Assembly (NCBI GenBank): GCA_032718475.1
Contig: JAUCBJ010006589.1
Span: forward strand, 1-59,329
Direction: 5' to 3'
Origin: Nemertoderma westbladi
Lineage: Eukaryota > Animalia > Xenacoelomorpha
Length of the DNA: 59,329 bases
The notes under the pieces are model-generated. The model was not told where the DNA came from, did not search any database, and saw nothing but the letters and a program-made list of their open reading frames with translations. Positions 1-13,236 of the stretch are shown here, one piece after another (the first letter of the stretch is position 1; each line of letters starts with the position of its first letter). A program made the translations under genes and the position numbers.

Positions 1-480
1 CACGACTTTCTAAGTCGTTCGCACGAGTTACTAAGTCGTTTGCACGAGTTACTAAGTCGTTCTTACTAAGTCGTTCGCACGAGTTACTAAGTCGTTTGCA
101 CGAGTTAGTTAAGTCGTTCGCACGAGTTAGTAAGTCGTTCGCACGAGTTAGTAAGTCGTTCGCACGACTTAGTAAGTCGTTCGCACGACTTAGTAGTATG
201 TCGTTCGCACGAGTTAGTTAGTTAAGTCGTTCACACGACTTAGTATGTCGTTCGCACGAGTTAGTTAAGTCGTTCGAACGACTTAGTAAGTCGTTCGCAC
301 GACTTAGTAGTATGTCGTTCGCACGAGTTAGTTAAGTCGTTCACACGACTTAGTATGTCGTTCGCACGACATAGTATGTCGTTTGCACGACTTAATAAGT
401 CGTTCGCACGACATACTAAGTCGTTCGCACGAGTTAGCAAAAAAAAATTGTTTTTCTCATGTCCCTTTAGGGGCTCCGTA
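1..480. mobile_element. Right end of a probable non-autonomous DNA transposon with ~21-bp subterminal tandem repeats
   Basis: About 20 copies of cacgagttactaagtcgttcg-like units at 1-437, followed by a terminus-like catgtccctttaggggctccgta ending at 480. The other end lies outside the window. Confidence 0.55.
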
Positions 481-1695
481 CTAATCTAATGTAGCACATA
501 AAAAATATTACAGTTCTTGCCTACATAAAAAAAATACCCTGTGAAAATATGTGAAAGCTAAACCGACTCAACAAATAAATATAAAAGTTACAAAAAGCAT
601 TTGCTGAAAAAGTTAAATGTTAAGTGCCATGCCAACAAGGCCAATGACATTCGACCTGACTATAGTCATGTTACTTATTAATTATAATTATAAAGAATTT
701 TCTTGCTTTATATAACTTTGCTAGATTAAGACACTTAAGGGGGGGGGGGGGGGGGGTGGTTAATTGATAATAAATTGGTTAATTTTAATTACGATAATAA
801 ATTCAAATTCGCAATAATATTTGAACAAAATTGTTGTGCTGGAAACCTTTCAACCGAACCACAAATTATCGAATTTGGGTAAAAAATGGCGGAGGAGTTT
901 TAATGGCTGGTGGTATCTAATATGTGTGTTACGGTTTGTCTGCCTGTCGGTCTTAAATATTGTCCGACAAACTGGTAGACGGACAGACAGCTATAACTCG
1001 AGAACTAAAAGAGATCTCGCCAAGCCGTTTTAAGATTTGAAATCCCCATTAAATTCGATATCCGATGAAATAAAAAACCAAAAATGTGAAAATTTTACCC
1101 CGGGCGGGGATACCCCCCCCCCCCCCCCCCCCCCCCCCCTTAATCTAGTACTAGTATTCCAAGGCTAGATGTATAAACTGCTAAGAAATTTAACCTATTA
1201 AACTTTCACTGGTCCAGAAACAATTCTGTGTATCCCGGGAAACAAATTTTCAAACTATATTGCACAATCAGTCATTACGGTCGTTGACGACTTCGGTACC
1301 TTGTATCATAGAGAGCAACAAAAAAGACAGAAGTTAGGAACTCAAAGGCATGGGTAGCTCTATCTAATGGATCTATCTGGAAATCAGATCTCTCCAGGCA
1401 CCTGAAGACTAAGTTCTTTCGAGCCACAGTGGAAAGTGACGGACGGAAGAGTGAAAGACTCCTAATCAATTAGCTGTGACCCAGAAGCGTTTGCGTCGTT
1501 TTTCCCTAGAGAGTATTGAATTTTGAAAGTGTCATTAAGTACCCCTCCCACCCCTACCCGCAACCTAAACCACGTGCGTGCAGCTCCTTTCATAAAAGAG
1601 CGTAACAATAAATTAATAGTAAAATAAAAAAATATATAGCCAAGAATCGGACCCACATTAGTTCCAGACATTCACTGTAAACTATTCACATCATC

Positions 1696-2937
1696 TCAAC
1701 CCCCCAACGACCTCCAACACAGCCACCTATACAGACACCCTAGCGCCACACCGTCAGACTCCACATCCAACTTATTCGCAAAAAACTTATCCTCCGCGAC
1801 TAAACCTCTCAAATCCCCGGCCCCAAACACACAAATCTCGTTCCTATAGTATCCGAAACACGTGCCGCCCTGCCACACAATGTACCTCAGACTGGTGAAC
1901 CAGGAGGACTCGGTCACGTGACCCGGGGTCCTGGGGTCCCGCTGCAACATAATCCAGAAGCTCTCGTCGGGAGAGTAAACGTCCGCATGCCACTCTAGTA
2001 GCTCGGCTGCTAGCGACGATGTCAGCACGTAGTCTACGTAGGCGCGGGTCGCAGCGTAGTACGCCGATCCGTGGAAGACCTCCAACCACCCCGGAGGAGA
2101 GGATTTTAACTTCCCCGTGTTGCGGATTCCTTTCTGGTCGATATTCCAACTGTATTTAGTTCGATCGGATATGATTGGCCGATTCGGCGGTATTCCAGGA
2201 ATATCATTTAGTCCGTTCAAACCGCGAAGCGTTTTTACCATCTCCGCGTTGCTTTTCAACGGGAAATCTTGTCCGCACAAGTTGATAACGTATTCGTAAG
2301 CCACGTTTCTGTTGCGTAATTTGCGCATACAGTTAATATCAGCTTTTAGTCGAGCGAAACCGGCGTAATAAATCCATTCTGACGGGGTAACAATAAAAAC
2401 ATTAGCGAAACATTTAGCTACCGCAGTTACTGCGCGTTTAAATGTCAGTGTGGATTTTTGATCGATGTGGATGCAATAGGTGTTGTGCTGTCTGTAAATC
2501 GCGCTTAAGAGGAAATGTATTTGCGCGGCTTTGTAATGTACTGTCAAGATGAAAGCGAGCTTGAAGTCGAGTTCTTCCTGTGTCACTGTTAAGTTGTTGT
2601 ACAAGTACAGCGTTCTATAAGTGTCGCAATCGCTGGCTAAGTTAAAGACGTCGTCGTTAGTGCGAGGTCCTGCCACAGTGTCGGAGAGCTGTAGAACATT
2701 GTCGACGACTTGGGTATTAACAGGAATCGCCTCTCCGTTTATTATTTTTTTACATATTTCATTACCTTCTGCGTGGAATGTAGCCGGAAGTGCTACCATC
2801 TTTGTTTGGGTTTTGTATATCAAGTACCGGGAGATGAAGATGTAGGCCGCACAAAATAGCAATCCTGTTAGAATCACACGGCGAAAACGAGTTGAATTTC
2901 TCATGCTGTCAACTAACATTGTATGCTGTAACACCAA
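1696..2937 (-). CDS. GCNT: Beta-1,6-N-acetylglucosaminyltransferase (core-2/I-branching enzyme, GT14), type II membrane protein
   Basis: N-terminal TM helix and family motifs LAFILTVH, AIYRQHNTYCIHID, RLKADINCM, YVINLCGQDFPLKSN, GSAY, YSPDESFW, ICVFGAGDL, FFANK. True start is probably ATG 2919 or 2904. Confidence 0.92.
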   Translation of the reverse strand: MVLQHTMLVDSMRNSTRFRRVILTGLLFCAAYIFISRYLIYKTQTKMVALPATFHAEGNEICKKIINGEAIPVNTQVVDNVLQLSDTVAGPRTNDDVFNLASDCDTYRTLYLYNNLTVTQEELDFKLAFILTVHYKAAQIHFLLSAIYRQHNTYCIHIDQKSTLTFKRAVTAVAKCFANVFIVTPSEWIYYAGFARLKADINCMRKLRNRNVAYEYVINLCGQDFPLKSNAEMVKTLRGLNGLNDIPGIPPNRPIISDRTKYSWNIDQKGIRNTGKLKSSPPGWLEVFHGSAYYAATRAYVDYVLTSSLAAELLEWHADVYSPDESFWIMLQRDPRTPGHVTESSWFTSLRYIVWQGGTCFGYYRNEICVFGAGDLRGLVAEDKFFANKLDVESDGVALGCLYRWLCWRSLGG

Positions 2938-3067
2938 GAACTTCCCGGGATTCAGGCATTACATTAATTACCTGTTATAAATATTAAGACTAACATTCAG
3001 ACATTCCTGTCTGCCTGTTCAGGAGTTCAGCTGTGACGATATCCACGGCCATTCTGCCATTGGCCCT

Positions 3068-3260
3068 GTGGGGCGAGCCACGAAGTGAGTGAGCCTTAGC
3101 GTAGTGGTACCATTAATCAACCTGTCGTTCTGTCGTTCTGTCGTTCTGTCGTTCTGTCGCGTTCAATTTTAAACGTTAATAACTCGGCCAATCTTTGATG
3201 AAATCTATCCAAACTTGGTACACATGTTGTTTGGCAAAAGTTTAGAAATTTTCCAAGTAG
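3068..3260 (+). mobile_element. DINE/Helentron-associated-like repeat fragment
   Basis: gtggggcgagccacgaagtg head is the reverse complement of the heads ending near 12810 and 23700. It is followed by a (TCTGTCGT)n microsatellite and ccaaacttggtacac. Confidence 0.45.
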
Positions 3261-4125
3261 AATTTCAGTGTGGCCTTCGAGAAGCTAAGATAATAGCAGT
3301 TAATTAGTTAATTAATTTATTACGGTAAAAACACCATTTTCAACCTGCCTTTTAAAGGAAATTAATTGTTTTACAGTATAAGATTTAAATAATTATAATT
3401 AAAAATTATACAGATGTAATCCCCATACGCCATTCTATTATAGTTTTTAATTAGTTCAAGTGATTTGCTTTAATAATTGTGTCTTTAATTGATCTAAAGT
3501 AATTAAAACGGCAAAAAAAATTTATTCTCATTAAATACTGCTCATTTATTGGCCAACATGCTGGTACATAGATGGGATGTGTGTGTCATTCCCAGTTGCT
3601 GGGAATGATTATTGGTCAAGTCTCTGCTGCTGGCTGGGAGTTGTTGCTAAGACTAACCAGAGAGGAATAGTAATAGACAACCAGTATTGCTATTCCAGCC
3701 CAGACAGCATTCTTTAAATTCACTATAAATGTTGTATTGCTATCTCAGGTGAATGACAGATATCATAACATAAATACTATCCATGGCATGGCTGTTGTGT
3801 AGGCTTCTGAAATAGTTTATTCCACAATGTATATGTCTGGTTATTTTTTAATTGAATTTTTGCAAAGTAGTAAAATTAATGTTCTTAAAAATAATATTAT
3901 TATTTTATATGTAACCTAGGAAATTAGCTACATTTTTTCGCTGCAGCTTTAAGAGTGTACATTAATTTAATATTATTTCAATACCCATATTACTACATCG
4001 GCATAAGATGCGTTGGCGTTGTATCACACATCTCCACATATCACACATATCCACATAGATGTATCAACAGTTACTCGCACAGTTTCGAAACTTCGCATAG
4101 TTATAACTGTATAGAGATCGTCAGT

Positions 4126-4402
4126 CTGCGTTTAGGAAAAATATTTTATAACAAAACAGGACAAGCGACGAGCGCAACGAGGCATATAATGAAGACGAGT
4201 ACTGCGTTGACTAAATTATTATATAAACCACCTGGCTTCACATATTGATCGCATCCCTAGTTATTATTATTATAAAGAACGTCCTAGCCTGCGTTTAAGA
4301 AATATATTTAAATACAAAACAGGACGAACGCAACGAGGCTTATAATGAATACGAGTACTGCGTTTATTATATTCCTATAAACCACCTGGCTTTGCATATT
4401 GA
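4126..4402. repeat. Diverged ~163-bp tandem duplication
   Basis: ctgcgttta...caaaacaggac...gagtactgcgtt...aaaccacctggctt...catattga occurs twice. Confidence 0.7.
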
Positions 4403-5844
4403 ACGTGCGATTGGAAATAAGTTCGTGCTACCCTTCCGTGGGTGGTAGATGTCGCGGTTATGTATTGGTGGTTGGGAAGGGTGGGGGGGGGGGATTAAAA
4501 GGGGTGAACACGTACTGTCCCCCTTTCTTTGATTGATTGGTGGTGTGGTGTAAATTTCTCAAAACCTGATTTTGTGATACAGTCGCTCAATTTTAATTTG
4601 TATCTCATAACTGGGCCTCGTGCTGCGCGAAGGCCCCACGAACGTGTCCTTATGTGCTGTACTCTAACTCTTCGGTACCAATACTGTATTATTAATATTG
4701 TTATTACATTATACAGTTATATATTTTATATATTACCGGTAGGCATATTATTAAACACAGATAAATATTATAAAGCTAATAAAAAATGTCACCGGAGAAA
4801 AACTAAAAGGTAGGCCTACACTTATGGTAAAATCCAGGTACATTCACAGTTCTGCAGTTGCTATATAGGTAAGCTGGTAAGCTAAGAAGGAAAAAGACAA
4901 TCAGATTCCAATCGGAATTACCATGAATGAAAGCGACCACTACTGCATGAACTGTAATTAAACAAATAATACTGTATAGCCTACATGTATACGTGAAATG
5001 ATGATTTAAAAGAACCATCGTTCACAGTAGCGCTGATGAAAATATATATATTACAGCAGATAAAAATACATTAGAAGAGGAAATACAGTATAAACAAGAT
5101 AAATTCATATATACAATAGATTAAGATTGAACAAATATAGAGTATTAACAGCGAAATAAAATATCAGATCGAAGCAAACAAAATCGCAGATAATTGGTAC
5201 CATACTATCTGAACCGGTACCCTACAGTAGAGTTAAGCAGCTAGACAGACCCCTTAACTATGTATATATATAATTGTCCCAATTACCCAAAACAAATATT
5301 CAACAGTGCGAAATACACACAATACTGTACAGTACCAGATAGAGATAGTGCTCCAAACTTTTACCTCCAGAATTGTAAATCCTTCGAAACTGATACTTCA
5401 TTTTTTTAACAGTAATAAAAATTGTAACGCAATGCCTAATGAAATAAAAACATAGATAATCAACTTTGAGATCTGCAGTTAAATCTCACCTCCTCCGTGT
5501 GCAGTGTAAAACTAGGTATAGTAGTCGTACTGTAAGTTATTACTGTACCAAAGACCCAAGACCCTCTGTACAAAACAAAGTAAAGTCGCGTTAGGTCTCG
5601 AAGAGCGTCAGGTCCCATTGCCATTTTAAAGGAGCAGGTCAGTAGAGGAGCAGGTTACAGAGACGTGTATGGGGAACCAAAACAATAAACGAAAGTTAAC
5701 ACATGTATATTGTTCAGGTCTTGAGTCTTTGGGTCTTTGTTTTGTACTCACCCCATTGTTGAAATAATTTTCGCTCGCCACGCTCCTTTGCTTTATATAT
5801 TCCCATCCAAATTTTGCACGTTATCCTACCTTAATTTACTAACT

Positions 5845-6052
5845 ACATATATTTTAATCTACAAACTACATCCATTTTAATATACAAGCTACATCTATTT
5901 TAATCTACAAGCTGCATCTATTTTAATCTACAAGCTATATCTATTTTAATCTACAAGTTGCATCTATTTTAATCTACAAGCTGCATCTATTTTAATCTAC
6001 AAGCTGCATCTATTTTAATCCACAAGCTACATATATTTTAATCTACAAACTA
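5845..6052. repeat. 23-bp minisatellite
   Basis: About 9 copies of atctattttaatctacaagctgc. Confidence 0.9.
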
Positions 6053-6815
6053 CAATCGAACTTGGAGACGGGGGGGGGACTGGACGCAAATCCCATCTTG
6101 GCGAATTGATATTCCGCCTCAATGTTAAATTATCAATTTAGGGAAAGGAGCAGGTTATAGTGGCAAAACAATAATCTAAACACAATAGAACAGGTTACAG
6201 TTATATTTTAGAGAGTATTCAGCTGTTATTTGCGTCGAATTTCACCTGGAGAGGGATGAATTTTTATTGCGTCCAGTTTCCACCCTATCTGCGAACTTGG
6301 CACTCACTATCTTATCTTCTATGTCCTATCTATACAGTCACACCAAATCACATAATTATATAAGACATGTTTGTATAGGCCTACTACGAACTCTAAGACC
6401 AAATTCCATATTGAATTTCCCTTATATACAGAACCGGTAATACAATGTTAATTTATTCACATCTTTGCTGAATATTTCACTTCTTTCTTTAAACGAAATC
6501 AGAATGGACAACAGCATTGAATCTTTAGTTGAAGCAGAAACAATTACGAAAGTTGATGGTAAATCTTTATTTGCGCAGCCAGGATTGGGGGAGGGTACAC
6601 CTACACGTGTACACTGTACTGTACATGTACAAGCATAAAAAGTACGTGATAAATAAATTGCATGCATTTAACTGCGTTATATTATACACATATTTCATTA
6701 ACTGTGAGCGAAGCGATCGAAAATTTTGTAAGAAATTGTTTATTTCTTACCTACTTGTATGTTGAAATATCTCAAAATTTAAATAGCCTTTTGATAATTA
6801 GACATAAGGGAAATC

Positions 6816-8306
6816 GTGAGCGCACTGCCCGCCACACACACCTTCCCTCCCTCCCCCTTCTTGGACGCACCGCTGGCGAAAAGAGTTGAAACTAAACTCT
6901 ATAGGCGACGATGGTACCTATTGGTGTTGTTCTGTTCAGTTGGTTTTGTGGAGTTTATGAACTGGAATACCTGGGCCCCTATCGAGGCCTCAGCGAAACT
7001 CGTTTATAAATGGGAGAACAGCGATATTGCGCTCCTCTCGAACTGGGGTTTTATCACGATTCTGTTGGGTACGACAGTGACAACCTGGATACTAGATCGC
7101 AAGGGGATGCGTGTTACTATGGTAATAATCATCGCTATGGTTACTGTCGGCGCCGGTCTGCGTTGCATTACAATGGAACCCACAGCGGCAACGTGGTTGA
7201 TTAACATTGGTCAAATACTTAACGGATTCGCTGGTGTTCTCCCAGTTGCCGGGGCGCCGTTACTCTCATCCTTGTGGTTTCCTAGCAACCAACGGAGCAC
7301 GGCTACAGCGGCGGCGACTACCAGCACGTTTGGGGGTCTGGCGTTGTCCTTTGTGATTGGTCCAGCCATTGTTAAAGAATCTAAAACGCCGATTGATCCA
7401 CCCAATCACATCCCTAAGTTAACAAACCAATCGTATTCCAGATACCATGGAAACGGAGAGGTAATTCGAAACCCGAAATCCAATTTGACAAATTTATTAG
7501 AAAATCAAACAAATTCCGTAATGGAACAGCGGCGACAGATACAGACTCTTGTTTACTTGGAGTTCGGTATTTCCGCGTTTCTGTTCATACTCGTGTTGAT
7601 TTACTTTCCGGCAAGGCCACCTACACCACCTACAGCCTCAGCATCATCGATAAGAACAGATTTCAAGCAGGGAAGTGTAAAAGTCCTTAAGGACAGAAAC
7701 TTTTGGTTTTTGGCTTTGGTTTACGCCGTTTTCTATGGTTTACTTAGTTCTTATCTTTCTGTGCTGAGTGTAGATTTGGAGACCATTGATATAAGTCAGG
7801 AGACTGCGGGATGGGTTGGTTTCTATGCGACCTTGGCCGGGGCTTTGGGAAGCGTAATATTCGCAAGGATCACAGATGTTATGGAAATTGGAATGCAAAC
7901 TGTAGTTTTGTTGGCTTGCATTATCGGGACAATAATGTTTTATTCATTTACCATGGTAGCTAAAGGTTACTTCCCAATGACCATAGCGTCTGTCTACGCT
8001 ACCATTATCGTCACGGGATTTTGCGCTAACGGCATAGTTCCTCTACTTCTCGAAATGGCGGCAGAGTTGTTGTATCCAGTAAGCGAGGAGCTAATAGCTG
8101 GGATCATGATGTTAGTTCAGAACGCAGCGGCGATGTTGTTGTTATTTGTGATGATGATTCCTAACGTCGGTGTCTCGTGGTTGACTTGGACCGTACTGGC
8201 CGGTACCACCGTCTCAGTTCCCGCAATCGCAGCAGTTACCGCAACTAATAAACGCAGTAACTTCGATAAACTAAAGTCTCAAAATTTCCATCTTCCCCTT
8301 CCATAG
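6816..8306 (+). CDS. SLC49A4: MFS transporter, SLC49A4/DIRC2 (FLVCR family)-like
   Basis: About 12 hydrophobic segments and motifs YRRRWYLL, WNTWAPI, IGQILNGFAG, LWFPSNQRSTATA, YFPARPPTPPTASA, ELLYPVSE. The start codon is uncertain (GTG in the ORF track), so an upstream exon is possible. Confidence 0.85.
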   Translation: MSALPATHTFPPSPFLDAPLAKRVETKLYRRRWYLLVLFCSVGFVEFMNWNTWAPIEASAKLVYKWENSDIALLSNWGFITILLGTTVTTWILDRKGMRVTMVIIIAMVTVGAGLRCITMEPTAATWLINIGQILNGFAGVLPVAGAPLLSSLWFPSNQRSTATAAATTSTFGGLALSFVIGPAIVKESKTPIDPPNHIPKLTNQSYSRYHGNGEVIRNPKSNLTNLLENQTNSVMEQRRQIQTLVYLEFGISAFLFILVLIYFPARPPTPPTASASSIRTDFKQGSVKVLKDRNFWFLALVYAVFYGLLSSYLSVLSVDLETIDISQETAGWVGFYATLAGALGSVIFARITDVMEIGMQTVVLLACIIGTIMFYSFTMVAKGYFPMTIASVYATIIVTGFCANGIVPLLLEMAAELLYPVSEELIAGIMMLVQNAAAMLLLFVMMIPNVGVSWLTWTVLAGTTVSVPAIAAVTATNKRSNFDKLKSQNFHLPLP

Positions 8307-9589
8307 CTACAGTTACTATAACCGCCGTTTGCGCCAACCAAATGCAGCAAAAGGACAAACCAAATGTATAAATCATAATGATAATGATATAATGATACTT
8401 TAGTTAATTAGCTAAAGTAATAATAACAATACAGGTTATTGTTAATTAAATACAGTAGCACATTTTGGCATTACGGTATGCATATTACCTACCAATTGGG
8501 GTGTCGTTTCAGCCTAGTTTTAACATATTAACTTAATTTCGTGAATATTAATTTCGATTCACCATTTAAGGTGCCTTTTGAAGGAAAGTAGCAGGTTATA
8601 ATGGCAGGCTTTTCTAACCAAAACAAGCTAAATTTAGGAACACAGTTTACAGTGTAATAATTATTCATTACATGGGAAAAAAAGTAAAACTTTTTTTTCA
8701 TTATTCATTTTTTTATCGTTAATAATGGGTCGAGAGAATATTGAAAAAAAATGTCCTACGTTTTTTTCCCATGTAATACGTATTTTATTCTTAAATTGGT
8801 ACTTGTTTGTTTCTCAATTCTTTAATAAAACATTGAGCGATGTACTAAAACATTACAGTATGGTTACAAAATAAAATTGAACTGTAGTATTTTACTATAT
8901 TGCTTCCATAGTTACTGCGATTCAAATTACTGTAGGCCTACTCTTCAACTCTCGATGTTACCTTACTCAATGTTAAAATGATTAGTATTCTTGAATATTT
9001 ATTAACTAACTAGAGAACCGCTTAACAACACGTTGTGGGGTCTTCGAGCAGCACGTGTTCAAATGTTCAATGACTGAGCAGCGACTAATTAACAAATTTA
9101 TGAGGGATTCATTGACCAGCTACAGACAGACCAATATTGTGACATATATTTTAGTTTAATGTTTGATTCAATTAGAGGCACAAATTAAAAAGGCTACAAA
9201 TATATAGGGTTGAATAATTAAATTAGTCACCCATTAAAAGGTAGGCAAATATAAGTTGCAATCTATATAAATTTTTAAATTCAGTAGTGTGCGTGTGTTG
9301 TGTATTGATTCCGTAGATTTCATGTTGAAATAGCGTTCATTAACTTAATTTCTATTTAATTATTCAGGCATACTAATACCCACTTTAAATTAGTTCGTGT
9401 GTGTTAAGTGTGTAAGAATTGATTGTTTTGGCACGAACCCATTAGGGCACAGAAACTGACGGATTCTTCGCGAATTTCGCAAACGTTGCGAATTTCGCAA
9501 ACTTCGGTAATTTTTTCTACAATTTTGACTCCTTAAGCAAAAGTGTCCCGAATGAGTTTTTTAACTTTTATTTTTTTGTGATTTTGATT

Positions 9590-9850
9590 GCTTTTTTATA
9601 TTAGTGAATGTTCTAGAACCTTAGTAGATTTTTTATGGTATATAGCTAGTATTTTTTACTAGCTAGTAATTTTTGGAAATTATTTTGGTCATTAATATAT
9701 TCTTCAACAGTTTAACCTGAAATATCATGGACTTTCACATTTTTTATAATTTCTAAAAATACTAGCTAGCAAAAAACACTACCGGTAGCTATCATAAAGA
9801 ACATATCTACTAATGTTCTAGAACTTTCACCAATAACAAAAAAATTTAAA
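9590..9850. repeat. Imperfect inverted repeat (MITE-like remnant)
   Basis: gttctagaaccttagtagat...tagctagtaatttttggaaattat is mirrored by ataatttctaaaaatactagctag...atctactaatgttctagaac. Confidence 0.5.
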
Positions 9851-10174
9851 AACTCTAAAAAATGATTGGTGAAAAATGGCTGGGGTGTCGACAGGGAGAA
9901 GTAGGGACCGTGTTGCTTAACCCCTTAGAGCCTATGACGTCCAGTGCATGTCACCATGGACAACACTAAGACATGCAGTGGACGTCATGCTGCAATATGC
10001 TGCAATACATGTTTCATTGGAAGGCTCTTGGTCTAGGTATACTGGTGGATAGTATTAAAGACATTTAGTGCTCTTCATGGAAAAAAATCCATTCTGTACT
10101 GTAGATAGGCTGTATTGTAGACTGTAGTATTAGTGTTAGGTATATGGCGTAATGCCAACCACAGTACAGTAGTA

Positions 10175-10720
10175 CAGACTGACAGTAAGACCGACAGACA
10201 GACAGACTAGATTTATGTAAACGTGTAAACTGACATCAGAAATGAAATCAGCAACCCTTAACACCCCCATAGCGGGAATGTTGGTTAGTTAGTATACTTT
10301 CTTAAGTTTTGACAGACTGACTGACAGAAAGACCGACAGACCAACAGCCAGACAGACTAGATTTATTAAACGTGAAAACTGACATCTGAAATGAAATCAG
10401 CATCCATTAAAACCCCCATAACGAGAATGTTAGTTAGTTTGTATTCTTTTTAAAGTTTTGACAGACTGACTGACTGACAGAAAGACCGACAGTCCGACAA
10501 ACTAGATTAATGTAAACCTGAAAACTGACATCAGAAATGAAATCAGCACCCCTTAAAACCCCCATAGCGAGAATGTTAGTTAATTTGAATTGTTTTTTAT
10601 GTTTTGACAGACTGACTAACAGAATGACCGACAGACAGACAGACTAGATTTATGTAAACGTGAAAACTGACATCAGAAATGTAATCAGCACCCCTTAAAA
10701 CCCCCACAGCGAGAATGTTA
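10175..10720. repeat. ~140-bp tandem array with GACA microsatellites (DINE/Helentron-like internal repeats)
   Basis: Four copies of gacagactagatttatgtaaacgtgaaaactgacatcagaaatgaaatcagcaccccttaaaacccccatagcgagaatgttag. Confidence 0.8.
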
Positions 10721-10831
10721 GCGACACGTTTTAATTATTAACCATATTTCGTAAGATATATTTCATCATCGTTTCTGCACGGTATTTCACATAGCGCCCC
10801 ATTTGGTGATCTCCAGTGAATGTTTGGATTT

Positions 10832-12024
10832 GGATCTAGGACACTTCCCCCCCGGACACTTCCCCCCCGGACACTTCCCCCCCGCCCAAGTAGGACACTT
10901 CCCCCCCGGACACTTCCCCCCCGGACACTTGCCCCCCGGACACTTCCCCCCCAGTTAAAGTGTTAAAATTAATCTGGGTGCATCAAAGCAATAAACAAAA
11001 GTTAAAGATGGTTACAGGACAAGTTGTATCTAGACAAGTTTTTTCAAAATTATAAAAGAAACATTTTTATAGTCAAATTTTGTTTGTTTTTCTTTTAATT
11101 CCTTTAATTCTTTTAATTTCTTTTAATTGGGGGCTGCCGCCCCCAAACCCCCGCTTCTTTTGTTGGGGGCTACCGCCCCCAAACCCCCGCTTCTTTTTTG
11201 TTATCGCCCCCAGACCCCGGCATTTCCCTGAGTGCCCGTGGTGAAAGACTTAAGACCACTTTGAAATAATTAATTCATGTTTGAATCATCAGATAATAAA
11301 TTGACTAAGCCTAAAGTAGGAGCTGTATTGAATGTTAACCAATTTAATATATAAATTACTACAATATTATATAATTCAACAAAATCCTATTAAAAATATT
11401 GCAAGTAACCAGGAAATTTAATATGTAGTGTGTATAATATCTATATAGTATGTATAGTAGTAATATGTATATCAATATGTAATGCTGAACACAGAATACA
11501 GGTCGACGCATGTCGATTTTACCCTGGAGAGGTATAATTTTGATTGCAACAATAATATTCATCCCCATCTGCTACAATTTGAAGAAGACTATTACATAAT
11601 AATACCTATAATTAAAACAATTAATTATTATAATTCTATAGTTAATAAAAACAGTATATCATTCCGGGGATGGAATTTATAGGTCATCTAATATAATTAA
11701 TTGTTTAAAGATTAGCAAACAATACGATGTAATTGCATTGATAAAACCCATAAATAAAACTTGGATATAAAATGTAAAATCGGGATGCAAAAGATCACTT
11801 TCTGAGCTACGAAAGGAAAATTGGATACAACTTATCTGGATACAAGCGGTCCGTTTACCTTACAAAATGAAAAATACGAATGTGCGAAGTTAAGAACAGT
11901 CGGGGGGGAAGTGTCCGCGGGGGGGAAGTGTCTGGGGGGGAAGTGTCCGGGGGGGAAGTGTCCTACTTGAGCGGGGGGGAACTGTCCGGGGGGGAAGTGT
12001 CCGGGGGGGAAGTGTCCGAACACC
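10832..12024. mobile_element. Non-autonomous foldback DNA transposon (Mutator-like TIR architecture)
   Basis: Left arm has tandem 15-bp ggacacttccccccc units (10839-10952) and the right arm has the reverse complement (11902-12017), including the cccaagtagg/cctacttgag spacer. No TSD found. Confidence 0.75.
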
Positions 12025-12710
12025 GTGAAGAGGTGTGTTGTTGGTCTGCCTCTGCCTCATTGGGGCGGGGGGGGGGGGGGGGGTGTTGGGGCAAGTGTCA
12101 GATTTATCTATTCGTGTTGATGGTTGGTGAGGATTCTACTTCTGGCTAGGTCTGGCCTAGAGTAGAAGCAGTTCCGCGGCAATAATAATATTGGCCCTTA
12201 CTGCATCAGGGACGCGTTTTTCGACAGAGCCCCGTCAGCTGAAACAGCCAGTGCCGCTAGTCGGTGGGGTTGACTTGTTGACGAGAGGCTATTATGAGGC
12301 GCAATGGGATACGCATTGCGTATCTCCTTTTGTCAACCAATACTGGCCTAAGATATATTTTAAAACATTTGTTTATTAATAATGCAATAACTGAATAACC
12401 ATATAACGGAAAGACAAATCGAATTGAAACTTTTAATTACTAATAATAATTGTGGTGAGAGGTGATTGGAAATCAAGCATATATGTTATGTTATGGTAGG
12501 CAGAGGCAAATGAATTGATGTCTGTTGAGATGTATTGAAGGAGCACTATTCCTTCTAGTAGACTTAGACTACTACAGGTTAGGCCATGTCCTTGTGTGCT
12601 AGCCTAGGCACTGGCTTGGTCAATGACTTTAGCTTTAGCTGCCATTTTAGTAATGTACAACTTCAAGAAATATTATTGGGCACGGCTGCCCTTGTTCATG
12701 CCTTGTTGTC

Positions 12711-12810
12711 ACACACACACATACACACACAGAGACTTTTGAAAAACGGCCATAGTATAATTACAGTATATCAGTTCGCTGATGGCTCGCCATTCGTGTC
12801 TCGCCCCACA
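12711..12810 (-). mobile_element. DINE/Helentron-associated-like repeat head with CA microsatellite
   Basis: Near-identical to 23615-23700 (gacttttgaaaaacggccatagtataat...gatggctcgccattcgtgtctcgccccaca). Confidence 0.65.
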
Positions 12811-13236
12811 CAAAATACGCATTCACGCAAACAAACAAGTAAAATTAGCCTCGAGATAGCGATAGTTTATGTGCTCGGGAAGAGAGCTTTCGATCATTTG
12901 CTCAGATTGGTGCTCGTGTGTCGGAGTGTATAGCTTGGACAGACTCACAGACTCATAGACTCACAGACAGACAATGCATATTTATATATAACACTAGAAA
13001 CCTTCTAGTTCACAAGCTTCTATACAGTCAATCAATCAATGGACAATATCAAACATAAATAAATTAATTAATTAACTTAACAAAACTTTACATGTATAAC
13101 TGCGTGTGTAACTGGAAAACTGTATAACTGCAGAGTAGTGGTTAGCGTCCTCGCAAACATAACCTACAGTATAGTGCAGTAGGTCACTGCAGCAACTCTA
13201 TCGTATTAAAATGGAAGGTTGTAATTTCAGACATTT

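Noticed and set aside
1-437. CRISPR-like array
   Set aside because: Tandem units without unique spacers, no cas genes, eukaryotic context.
11832-12149. GHFPP and GGEVS repeat ORFs
   Set aside because: Translations of the 15-bp TIR repeats of the foldback element.
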